Shown piece by piece: positions 1 through 10,272 of a stretch of 64,000 nucleotides of DNA (positions are counted from its first letter, which is position 1; every line of letters begins with the position of its first letter). This DNA is from Anthoceros angustus (Eukaryota; Plantae; Anthocerotophyta): NCBI GenBank assembly GCA_010909165.1, contig MU008205.1, positions 248,001-312,000 on the forward strand, given 5' to 3'. A program made the position numbers and the translations under genes. The notes beneath the pieces were generated by a model. It saw only the letters and a list, made by a program, of their open reading frames with translations, searched no databases and had not been told where the DNA came from.

Positions 1-330
1 GGGTTGGTTCGAACACTATCCCACGGGCATTCCTCATGACCCTCCCTTTCAGTTCCTCGTATCTGTTGTGCCCCATACAGTATACTCTTCAAGGCCTTCA
101 CGCAGTAGGAACCGATCCCATAACATGCGTAAAACTCTTTCTTTGTTAGTTTGACTCGGGTCCCGATGTACGAGGCTTTGAAGAAATGTCTCTTGCTCTT
201 GCACGCATTGTGAGGAACCTATATCGTTGCTCACGAAGGCCTTGCTTGGTCAACCTCTGCATGCACATTTGGTTTACACGGTTTAAGAAAGTCTGCCGTC
301 ACCTTCTCCATTCACATTTTTGCAAAGACA
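1..330 (-). pseudogene. Fragment of a putative DNA transposase N-terminal region (Sola-like Cys-rich segment), frameshifted, continuing off the left edge
   Basis: Joining minus frames gives KPCK/QMCMQRLTKQGLREQRYRFLTM..EQETFLQSLV...CVKALKSILYG..RYEELKGRV. This resembles the C..C...L....I...R..F..M...EQ..FL..L / CxxAF..LyGi...R pattern recalled from Sola-like transposases. No catalytic core lies in the window. Confidence 0.4.
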
Positions 331-1439
331 CCCCTGCCGTCGCGCGCTTGTCCTGACTTTGTTGTCATCAATGTCTCACTTAAAGGCTTGGGATGGAATG
401 TTCCGGATGCACCGGAGGAGGGTGAACAAAGTCATCATCCCCATCCTCGATCCACGGATCATTTGCTTGTGGGAAGAACTCGATCCTGCGGTCATCCTCG
501 CATCGCTCCTTGGCGGAACAAACCACGACGGGATTGCACCCCATCTCCCTTCCTTCCGTGTCTTCGCTGGATGCGGATTCCATCAATGGCAGCATATAAG
601 TTCAAGTTCCTGGGGGTCATGGGCACCCCACGCGGAATGCCGGGAGAGGACGCTTGTCGACGGCGACGAGCATTACCTGCAATACCACTTCGTGCGGTGT
701 GCATGAGATGGAATCCGCCACGGATGGGGTGGACTATTCGGCCACAACATTGTCTTCACCGCAAACAAGCTGTTTCTTGTTGAAGGCAAACTAACCTTCT
801 GGAGTTCGGACTCGTTTTCGTTGCTCATGATCGGGAAGGGCGCCCCCCAAGACAGCCCCATCCTTCCTCCTCACAAGAGAGTCACCTACCATCCGGAAAT
901 CAAAGACCCCTCTTCCACACACTGCCTGCGACAACATCAATGTCAGGTCATTACATGGACTGAACAGAGACGGAGAGACTGATGCAAACCCAACACTTGT
1001 TCTCAAGTACATGTTCCCCCTTGATCGCACAAACGAAGTGAGGAATGCACTTTGTGGACGACAAACTCTGACCTCTTCGACAACTGATGTGTGGGTGGCG
1101 CGCAACATTGTCGCCGGCCTGAGGACTCCGCACCTCTAACCTCTGGAAATATGGTCCTCACTCTTCACAGAGCGTGGTATGCCATGACATAGGCGACCGT
1201 GGACTGAAGGTAAGGTGGAAATGCCATTATGAGCAAATAAACCGAAAGATCTTCACCGGTAGAACTTGGCGTGAGGCACACCGCCTCTTCATTGTTTTCT
1301 CGGCATTGGGGTTCACATGTACGCTTTTGACTTAGGGTCCTATAAATGGTTTTCCGTAAGCATTACCTTAATTGACATTTATGGTTAGGGTTGCGCACAT
1401 GTGTATGGCGTGACCGAGCAGGCGTCATACTTTCGATTC

Positions 1440-4400
1440 AGTGGAGAGTAACCACGAGAGAGGCGAGCAAGTTCTTCCAGCCAGAAACGGTGGCGGCGCC
1501 TCGCGAGCCTCAACAGCGAAGGACTTTTGCCTCCAAAGACGCGACTTCTCCACCGCGATCCTCCGCCATTTCCTCTTCGCGATTCACATAGTCTTGCGGT
1601 ATGGCCCTCCCCTTCCTGCTCGCAAATTTCCTTCAAGTTGTGCGATTGATTCCTTGAATTGCGGCTTCCTATGGCGATTGTATCTAATCTCTTGAGGATG
1701 GCAAGCGGAAGGCAAGTAGGAAGGAACGTGGAGAACGAGGCGAGAACATCGACCCGATGCCCAAAACCAAGAAATCCCCCCAGAAGAAGAAGGATGCGGC
1801 GGAATTTCGTGTGGATGTCGGAGAAGGCCGGCCTACCTCCGGTGGAGGCGCGAGATACAACCCAGCCATCAAGCACCACAGGTAATTTGTCAATTGGGCA
1901 TGGGAAATCGGGCAGCCTAACATCTGGGAAGGCCAGCACAACGAAGGAGAAGGCTGCGCAAGGAGGAGACCGAGGGAAGAGACCCCACAGGCAATCAGTG
2001 CCAGCGCCTATTCCAACGCCATTTAACTATGAGGATACACATATACACGGTTGGGGAGCAAGGTGGAGGCCACTGCTCGAGAAGGATGGATGTTGACACG
2101 GATGAGGAGCCTTGAGGAGAACAATTTTGGACTCCTCTATTGAAACTGGGTCGAGGGTTCAAGGGGCCTTGCCAAACCCAGAGAGCAAGGGCTGGGTTCT
2201 ATGGGCGATCGTGGATATGGATGGACGAGCACATGTTTGATCATACAACAAAGCCTTTGGTATTTGATCGGATAAGCGAAGATGAAACCATGTACAAGGC
2301 TTATGAGGTCAGCCTACATGGCTTCCAAAGCAAGAAGTGCAGTCCTTCAAACCTGGTGGAGGATTTCAGAAATGCTATGCGTCAGCCAACTGTAAGTAAT
2401 ACTTTGGAATAAGGTTTTCAAGGCAGTTGATGCAAATCGTTGTATGTTGGTTTCCATGACTTGTGCCTTCTATCTTGCGTTTCCTCAATCCTTTTTCTGT
2501 TTTGCAGGATGCTCAGCAAGCTAGAGCACTGATTACGACCATATGCGGAAGATTACCGAATCCGTCATCCAAAGATAGGAGGAAATGTCACAACGAGTCG
2601 AGCCCGCGATGAATGTGCATGATGGGCTCACCGGCCGGCCGGCGGCTAGTGAGCTCGGCCCATCCGATGAGGAGGATGGGTGTATACCCGACGTCCTTGG
2701 CCACTCGACGATGGCGACTTTCGGGAGGCGGAGGATGGAAGGATGCTCCGTTCTGGACATTCCTTTTCCGGCTCCTCCATGGAGGTACCCGATGGTCGGT
2801 ATCCGCCAGAGGAGGCGGCCGGCCGCCTCCCTAGAGGCCGAGACTGCCACCGCACCCCAACCGGTTTCGGGTTCCCAAGGCACACTAGCGCCGGCCGGCC
2901 GCCCGATTGCTGCACGCCTTGCAATTGTTGCGGAAGAGACGGTGGGTGGCGGTGGCGCGGGGCGGTTCTATTGAGGCACCTCCGTGTCCGCCGATCCGAG
3001 AGTATGGAGACAGGGGACTCGAGTGGAGAGTAACCACGAGAGAGGCGAGCAAGTTCTTCCAGCCGGACGGTGGCGGCGCCTACCTCGGCTCTCGGCGCGA
3101 AGGACTTTTGGCGTCTTGACGCGACTTCTCCACCGCGATCCTCCGCCATTTCCTCTTCGCCGATTCACATAGTCTTGCGGTATGGCCCTCCCCTTCCCTG
3201 CAAATTTCCTTCAAGTTGTGGGGATTCCTTTTGCGCGGCTTCCTATGGCGGATTGTATCTAATCTCTTGAGGATGGCAAGCGGAAGGCAAGTAGGAAGGA
3301 ACGTGGAGAACGAGGCGAGAACATCGACCCGATGCCCAAAACCAAGAAATCCGGCCCGGCAAGAAGAAGAAGGATGCGGAATTTGGTGTGGATGTCGGAG
3401 AAGGCACGCCTACCTCCGGTGGAGGCGCATACAACCCAGCCATCAAGCACCAGAGGTAATTTGTCAATTGGGCATGGGAAATCGGGCTAACATCCGGGAA
3501 GGCCGGCTAGAAGGAGAAGGCTGCGAGGAGGAGACCGAGGAAGAGACCCCAGGCAATCGCGCCTATTCCAACGCCATTTAACTATGAGGATACTTGCCAT
3601 CGTCGGTTGGGGAGCAAGGTGGAGGCCATCTCGAGAAGGACCGGATGTTGACACGGGATGAGGAGCCTTGGAGGAGAACAATTTTGGACTCCTCTATTGG
3701 GTGGGTCGTAGGGTTCAAGGGGCCTTGCCAAACCCAGAGGCAAGGGTTCTATGGGCGGCGTGGATATGGATGGACGAGCACATGTTTGAGATCTGCACAA
3801 GCCTTTGGTATTTGATCGGATAAGCGAAGATGAAACCATGTACAAGGCTTATGAGGTCACCTATGGCCAAAGCAAGTGCGATCCTTCAAACTGGTGGAGG
3901 ATTTGAAATGCTATCGTCGATAGCGTAAAACTTTGGAATAAGGTTTTCAAGCGATTGATGCAAATCGTTGTATGTTGGTTTCCATGACTTGTGCCTTCTA
4001 TCTTGCGTTTCCTCAATCCTTTTTTTTGCGGGATGCTCAAGCTAGAGCACTAATTACGACCATATCGGAAGATTACCGAATCCGTCATCCGGATAGGAGG
4101 AAATGTCGACGAGTCGAGCCCGGCTTGACGGAATGTGCATGATGGGCTCACCGGCCGGCCGTGCGCTAGTGAGCTCGGCCCATCCGATGAGGAGGATGGG
4201 TGTATACCCGACGTCCTTGGCCACTCGACGATGGCGACTTTCGGGAGGCGGATGGAAGGATGCTCCGTTCGGACATTCCTTTTCCGGCTCCTCCATGGAG
4301 GTACCCAGTGGTCGGTCTGCCAGAGGAGGTGAGGCGCGGCCGGCCGGCGCCCTCCTGAATAAGTCTTTGGAGACTGGTTACAGACCCAAGTTTCGGGTTC

Positions 4401-4552
4401 CCAAGGCTGCGAAGGGTTGGGGCGGGGGCCGCTGACGCCCTTGCAATTGTTGCGGAAGAGACGGTGGGTGGCGGTGGGCGGGCGAGTCGCTTCTATTGAG
4501 GCACCTCCTGTCCGCCGATCCGAGAGTATGGAGACAGGGACTCGAGTGGGAG
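1440..4552 (+). repeat. Tandem duplication of about 1.55 kb (1440-3021 and 3022-~4552)
   Basis: Both units start AGTGGAGAGTAACCACGAGAGAGGCGAGCAAG and align throughout with many 1-3 nt indels; AGTG(G)GAGAG microhomology at the junctions. Confidence 0.95.
1698..3021 (+). pseudogene. 5' part of the element cargo gene, unknown function, spliced (a second copy starts near 3273)
   Basis: ATG at 1698 (MASGRQVGRNVENEAR...), ORF pieces to ...NAMRQPT, canonical intron GTAAGT(2392)...TTTTGCAG(2507), then an acidic low-complexity segment; several frameshifts. Confidence 0.4.
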
Positions 4553-4699
4553 AGCAAGGCATGGTGGGCACGCCCAGAGGCATACAGTCGCTCACATAGC
4601 GAGGCTCCACAGGGGAAGAGAAAGAAGAAATCCAGGAAGGAAACCGTGAGTGAAGCCCACCAGAGAACATAGCGATCCATGTGCGGACGGATGAGGAAA

Positions 4700-5780
4700 G
4701 ACTTGAAGATGCCATCCGGAATCGGACCCATTGACAATAATCGTGGACTCGCCTATGCCAAGAAAGTTGTTCGAGACATCTTGGTAAAGCTTGAGAATTT
4801 GAAGCGATCTTTTATTACACCGGATGCCCAAATCGAGGGTGGACGAGGCATGGTCAAACTACCTAGCCCGAGTTATTCAAGGAAGGATTGAAGAAGGGTT
4901 ACGCCATTCATGCATGATTGACCCGGGAGTGCAACGATATTAGCAAGTTGGATCGTAAATTCGGGCCAAGAAATATATTATGGGTGTACTTGGGGAACCA
5001 CATATCTTGCTATGAAGCACTTGGCGATATTGCTCGGAAGTCCTGCTTTCAATATGTTGAAGCGCATGTATCTGGGCTTACGGTGCACGAGATGAGAGTT
5101 CTTGCAACCGACCATAACACAATGTCGACAAGCGGAAGAAAATGTCTTTTATTGAGCAGTAAGATATTTACGAGATGAGCTTCTTATTGCGTCGGGATGG
5201 AGTGCGAGATGACCATGTCATGGAAGTTCAATCTTTATAAGGTTCTTGGATTAATTGAAGATGATGAAGGCCGAAGATGACGTGTACAAGCGAACAAAGT
5301 GGACAACAGGACACACATATGCATCGCGGTGAGGGCAAGGTATGGGATAATATTGATAAGATCTTTTCAAAGTGGGAAGCAAGTTACAGAGTGTATATAG
5401 GCACATACCGGCACCAAAGAAGAAAGGGAAGGGAAAAGGAAAGTCACAGATGATCCCAAACACGTGGAAACAAAGGTATTTCAAGCCGAAAGACATGCTC
5501 ATGAAACCACGGAAATCATTCCGGTATACCAAATGGTGAATGTGGGCGTGATTCTTGTCACGAATGTGGAAGGTAATCTTGTGCATCCTCGATCTCAAAG
5601 GAATGGAGGACGAAATTACTTCAAGAAGAAACCGCATGTTATTCAAGTGGCCATGGCTAAACATCCGAGTGCTCATCTTCGAGGAAGTGAGGAAGGAATA
5701 TCCTCTACACTCAACGACGACATGATTTTTGCTTTCAAACGGCTTTTCTTTGGGAAGGTGAGATCCGTCACCAGACAATG
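4700..5780 (+). pseudogene. ParB/Srx-like domain plus downstream helical region of the cargo protein (frameshifted)
   Basis: WVYLGNH..(A)L...ARKSCFQYVEAHVSGLTVHEMRVLATDHN followed by MSFIEQ/VRYLRDEL. This matches the ParB-N pattern hhxxGNHRxxA...V...l...E...LA...N, although the Arg after GNH is not readable. Later pieces read VWDNIDKIFSKWE and IQVAMAK...FEEVRKEYP. Confidence 0.55.
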
Positions 5781-6180
5781 AGTCGCTTTGGTTTTCGTTT
5801 TGCACGAGGCGCCGGCCGCCGCGCCCCGCCACTGTCGAGAGAATGGCACGATAGTGGGGGCGCCGGCCGCCGCGCCCCACTATCTTTGATGCGCAGCGCA
5901 CATGTCACGGGCGCCGGCCGGCGCCACGCTTCGCCCCGCAGCTGCCGCCGGCCGGCCGCGTGGCATGGTGCAGCAAACCAAATTTGTCGATGGAGGGTGT
6001 GAAGGGCGCCGGCCGCCGGCTTTCACACCCTCCTTCGCCATCGCCACCGCTTGTTTGAATACAATAGGAATGTGGTGTCCTGCTCTAACGTTTTTCTTTC
6101 TCGCTCAAAGAAATAAAGGATGTGGAGAATTTGCAAAAGCCGGAGGATTTCAAGAACTTCATATTTGAGATTAACAACGG

Positions 6181-7200
6181 AAGAGTCTTGAGGATGAGCA
6201 GCGTGCAATCGACAAGGATTTGAAAGGACCGCACTTGTTCACCGCTCTGTGGTCCGAGAAAGAGTGTTACTATCAAGTGGAAAAAGAAACATTATGGAGA
6301 TGCGGGATTCCTTGATGGGCTTATACCCTTCTCGTTATGGATGTCCCAAGAGGCTTTGACATTGGTCCTATGGATAGTCGGTTGGATGCGGGCATGATGA
6401 ACAGCTTCCAAAGCTTCCGGGAGAAGGCGGCGGAAGAATTCGCTCATTGTCATGCAGTGGAAGAAGCTCACCTTGTGAGAGAGTGCATGCGTGGATTATG
6501 TGGCAAGGGTGGAATGGTGTCCTTCGCTTGGGACAAAACAAACATGAGTAATGACAGGTGGATTTGAGAGTGGAGTACATAAGCTTGCTTGGTGTGTGAA
6601 GGAAGGCTCGAAGACAAGGGCGGAAGCCCAATATTACGCAGGGACTTTTAACAATGGACGATCCGTGATTGCACATGATCGTGGTGAAGAAGCGGTGTAC
6701 ATGTCTCAAGACAAAATGGTGGTGTGCCTACCAAAGACCTCTCGGGTTGATGATGAAATTCATCAAAACATTCTCGAAAGAAGGAGATTGGATTACGGAT
6801 GGTTGCGCAGAAGTGGGACAACAACACCGGCAAGATTGCTCGACGCAATTCTATTGCAATAGAGGTGACCTCATTGGTTATATCCCACAACGCATACATG
6901 GTTTCGAGGTTTTGCCAGATCGAAAGAGGAGCTCACATTCGAGGCCCACGGAGAGGAGCAGCTCTGGCTAAAGAAGTTTGTATTAGCGAAAAAATTGTTC
7001 GAAAGCTCGTGGTTCCACTTAGTGCAAGGAGGATGAAAACGCAAAGCAGGGGACTTGCTAGAGGAAGGACAACAAACCACGGATCATGTGCCACCGGGAG
7101 TGGTGGCGACAAGGAGGCGACAACGAAGATGATGAAGAAGGCCCGGCGGCCGGCGGCTTGATGTAGTAGAATTGGAGCATGCGCAACTGGCGATTGTTTT
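6181..7200 (+). pseudogene. Beta-class N4-cytosine/N6-adenine DNA methyltransferase domain, copy 1 (frameshifted as assembled)
   Basis: Motif IV-like YTLLVMDVPRGF (DVPR at 6340-6351), then FAWDKTN, HKLAWCVK, YQRPLGLMMKFIKTFSKEGDWITDGCA/SGTTT (motif I, 6798-6826) and RNSIAIEV. The IV-before-I order is that of beta-class (N6_N4_Mtase-type) enzymes. Confidence 0.75.
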
Positions 7201-8781
7201 AGATTGAAGCCACCCAAGCGCAGATGAGTCTCGGATCGGTCACTTTGAGGATCTTTGTAGAGGAAAGACTATATTCGAGGGACGGAAGAGGGGTTTTGAA
7301 ACGATATCGTGGATTTTCTTTCATTACTTGTGTCAAAGCATAGCGTAGGCAAGGATACTCTGGGCGGTAGCCGGCCGCCCTCCTGTTTTATGAATTGTGA
7401 AATATCAATGTTTTTTCCCCTTTCGTATTTAGCATGGTCTTTGTTGACGGAGGATTCGGCGTATTTTGCATTTCGACGGTGTCTTTTTGTGAAGGGGTTT
7501 CACAGCGGAAGGGGTTTGTATATTAACCCCTTCCAAGATTATCATGTTCGGTTATGGATGTCCCAAGAGGCTTTGACATTGGTCCTATGGATAGTCGGTT
7601 GGATGCGGGCATGATGAACACGATTTTCCAAAGCTTCCGAGAAGGCGGCGGAAGAATTGAGCTCATTGTCATGCGGAGTGGAAGAAGCTCACCTTGTGAG
7701 AGAGTGCATGCGTGGATTATGTGGCAAGGGTGGAATGGTGTCCTTCGTTTGGGACAAAACAAACATGAGTAATGACAGGTGGATTTGAGGGAGTACATAT
7801 GATTGCTTGGTGTGTGAAGGAAGGCTCGAAGACAAGGGCGGCTATGACGCCCAATATTACGAGGACTTTTAACAATGGACGATCCGTGATTGCACATGAT
7901 CGTGAAGAAGCGGTGTACATGTCTCAAGACAAAATGGTGGTGTGCCTACCAAAGACCTCTCGGGTTGATGATGAAATTCATCAAAACATTCTCGAAAGAA
8001 GGAGATTGGATTACGGATGGTTGCGCAGAAGTGGGACAACAACAACGCAGATTGCTTTGGACGCAATTCTATTGCAATAGAGGTGACCTCATTGTCTGGT
8101 TATATCCCTACAACGCATGGTTTCGAGGTTTTGCGGTGGAAAGAGGAGCTCACATTCGAGGCCCACGGAGAGGCGGCCTGGTCAGGCTAAAGAAGTTTGT
8201 ATTAGCGAAAAAATTGTTGGCTCGGTTCCACTTAGTGCAAGAGGATGAAAAGCATAAGCAGGGACTTGCTAGAGGAAGGACAACAAACCACGGATCATGT
8301 GCGATGCAGGAGTGGTGGCGACAAGGGCGGCGACAACGCAGAAGATGATGAAGCGAAGGCCACGGGAGGCGCGATGTAGTAGAATTGGAGCATCTGGCGA
8401 TTGTTTTAGATTCGAAGCCACCCAAGCGCGGATGAGTCTCGGATCGGTCACTGAGGATCTTTGTAGAGGAAAGACTATATTCGAGGGACGGAAGGGGTTT
8501 TGAAACGTGATATCGATTTTCTTTCATTACTTGTGTCAAAGCATAGCGTAGGCAAGGATACTCTGGCGGTAGCCGGCCAGCGCCGATAAAGCCCTCCGTG
8601 TTTTATGAATTGTGAAATATCAATGTTTTTTTCCCCTTTCGTATTTAGCATGGTGCTGTTGACGGAGGATTCGACGTATTTTGCATTTCCCGAACGGTGT
8701 CTTTTTTGTGAAGGGGGTTTCGGTTGTGCGGAAGGGGGTTTGTATATTAACCCCCTTCCAAGATTATCATGTTCAGGTTAT
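6334..8781 (+). repeat. Tandem duplication of about 1.22 kb (6334-7550 and 7551-8781) covering the MTase domain
   Basis: Both units start GTTATGGATGTCCCAAGAGGC and end ...CCAAGATTATCATGTTC; GTTAT microhomology at the junctions. Confidence 0.95.
7551..8503 (+). pseudogene. Beta-class N4C/N6A DNA methyltransferase domain, copy 2 (tandem duplicate)
   Basis: MDVPRGFDIGPMD...FVWDKTN...HMIAWCVK...YQRPLGLMMKFIKTFSKEGDWITDGCA/SGTTTTQIA/GRNSIAIEV; same motifs as copy 1. Confidence 0.75.
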
Positions 8782-9290
8782 AAAATCCTAACAACCTCGA
8801 TACCATGTAGGCCATTCGATCTCCCCAAGAACCTCAATATCATGTAGGCCATTCAATCTCCGAGGTTATAAAATCCTAACAACCTCGATACCATGTAGGC
8901 CATTCAATCTACCTAAGAACCTCAATATCATGTAAACCATTCAATCTCCCAGGTTATAAAATCCTAACAACCTCGGTACCATGTAGGCCATTCAATCTGC
9001 CTAAGAACCTCAATATCATGTAGGCCATTCAATCTGTTTGGTTATGACATCCTACCAATCTTAATATTATGTAGGCCCTTCAATCTAAACCATTCAATCT
9101 CCTTGGTTATGACATCCTACCAACCTTAATATTTCAATCTAAGCCATTCAATCTGCTTGGTTATGACATCCTACCAACCTTTATAATATGTAGACCCTTC
9201 AATTTAAGCAATTCAATCTCCTTGGCTATGACATCCTACCAACCTTAACATTATGTAGGCCCTTCAATCTCCTAGTTATGATATCCTAAA
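8776..9290 (+). repeat. Subterminal-type tandem array (about 40-45 nt subunits in higher-order units)
   Basis: Repeated GGTTATAAAATCCTAACAACCTC / GGTTATGACATCCTACCAACCTT and ATGTAGGCCATTCAATCT motifs. Confidence 0.9.
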
Positions 9291-10272
9291 CAGCCTTCTA
9301 CCGTACCCCGAGGGGTGGTTCAACAGGACAATGCCGAAATAATTATTTTTTGAAAAAAAAGGTTCAACATAAATATTTATATTTTCAAAATTTCAAAATT
9401 TCAAAATTTTATGAAAATAATTTTATCAAATTTTAACATTTAAAAAAAATACATAGGTGTCTATATAGAACTAATGGATATGTATAGACCTCCCCTAAAC
9501 AGACCCTAATTTTTCACAAAACCCTAGTTTCCTTGTTTTCGGCATCTTAAACTCATAAATTTTTACATATTCAGCATTTTAATTATAATAATTTCTGGAT
9601 TTTCAAATTTTACTAATTTTAATTAATTAACATCCGTTTGCAATTGCGCTTGCGCTGCAGTCATCGTCTGTGTTTGCGGTGAGGCTGAGTGCTTTTGCCC
9701 TTACGTGCAAGTCTCCAGTGTTTGGCATTGGCGACATGTAGCAACGCTTCCTAGGCCTCCGCCTATGGGGTGCGTTTCACATATAACCACCAAAGCTTGT
9801 ACCAAAAGGACTAAGAGAGAAGGGCTTCCATGAAAACAGTCGCACACATACAAGGCTTGCACCCAAAAAATCCTGCAGTGCACAAGCGTACAGTTCAAAG
9901 GGCCTACTGGACTACTAACGCAGCAGGTGATCCCTGTCCACGCCCACGGCGTGGCTTTAGCCTGCGTCCACTGCATTCCATACTCCACAACCTCTTGGGG
10001 ATAAGTAATCCTAGTACGGCGAGAGACATGAAGACATGTTTGGGTTTTTTAAAGGTTCCTGCGGAAAAATTCATGATATAATGTCTTTATGGACAAAGCA
10101 CTTTAGCGGCATAAGTAATGGGTTAGTCTAGCTCAGGAAGCACCATATTGAGTATACGATTCTCAATAAGCAAGTTCTCAGCGTGTTCTTCAAGCATTAG
10201 CGCATCCTATTGACCAGGCCGAGAGTCAGAGCGGCCGAGCCCGCCGCAAGCAATGCGCGCGTACTGGTCAAT

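Larger units (their letters stand above)
1..9550. mobile_element. Large, degenerate (or poorly polished) DNA-transposon-like element, left part outside the window; cargo is a ParB-like domain plus a DNA amino-methyltransferase
   Basis: Minus-strand Cys-rich transposase-like fragment at 1-330; divergent plus-strand cargo ORF fragments 1698-8500; tandem subterminal repeats 8776-9290; AT-rich tail ending at TTAA (9547-9550). The right boundary is tentative and no second terminus is visible to confirm TIR/TSD. Confidence 0.55.

Noticed and set aside
300-930. GRGVF strings on the minus strand as a SET domain
   Set aside because: Short matches only; no NHSC or ELxxDY motifs follow.
1-9550. Bacterial contamination as the source of the ParB/MTase region
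   Set aside because: Contains a canonical spliceosomal intron, a eukaryotic-type transposase fragment and subterminal repeats, with no operon-like structure. Not fully excluded without read evidence.
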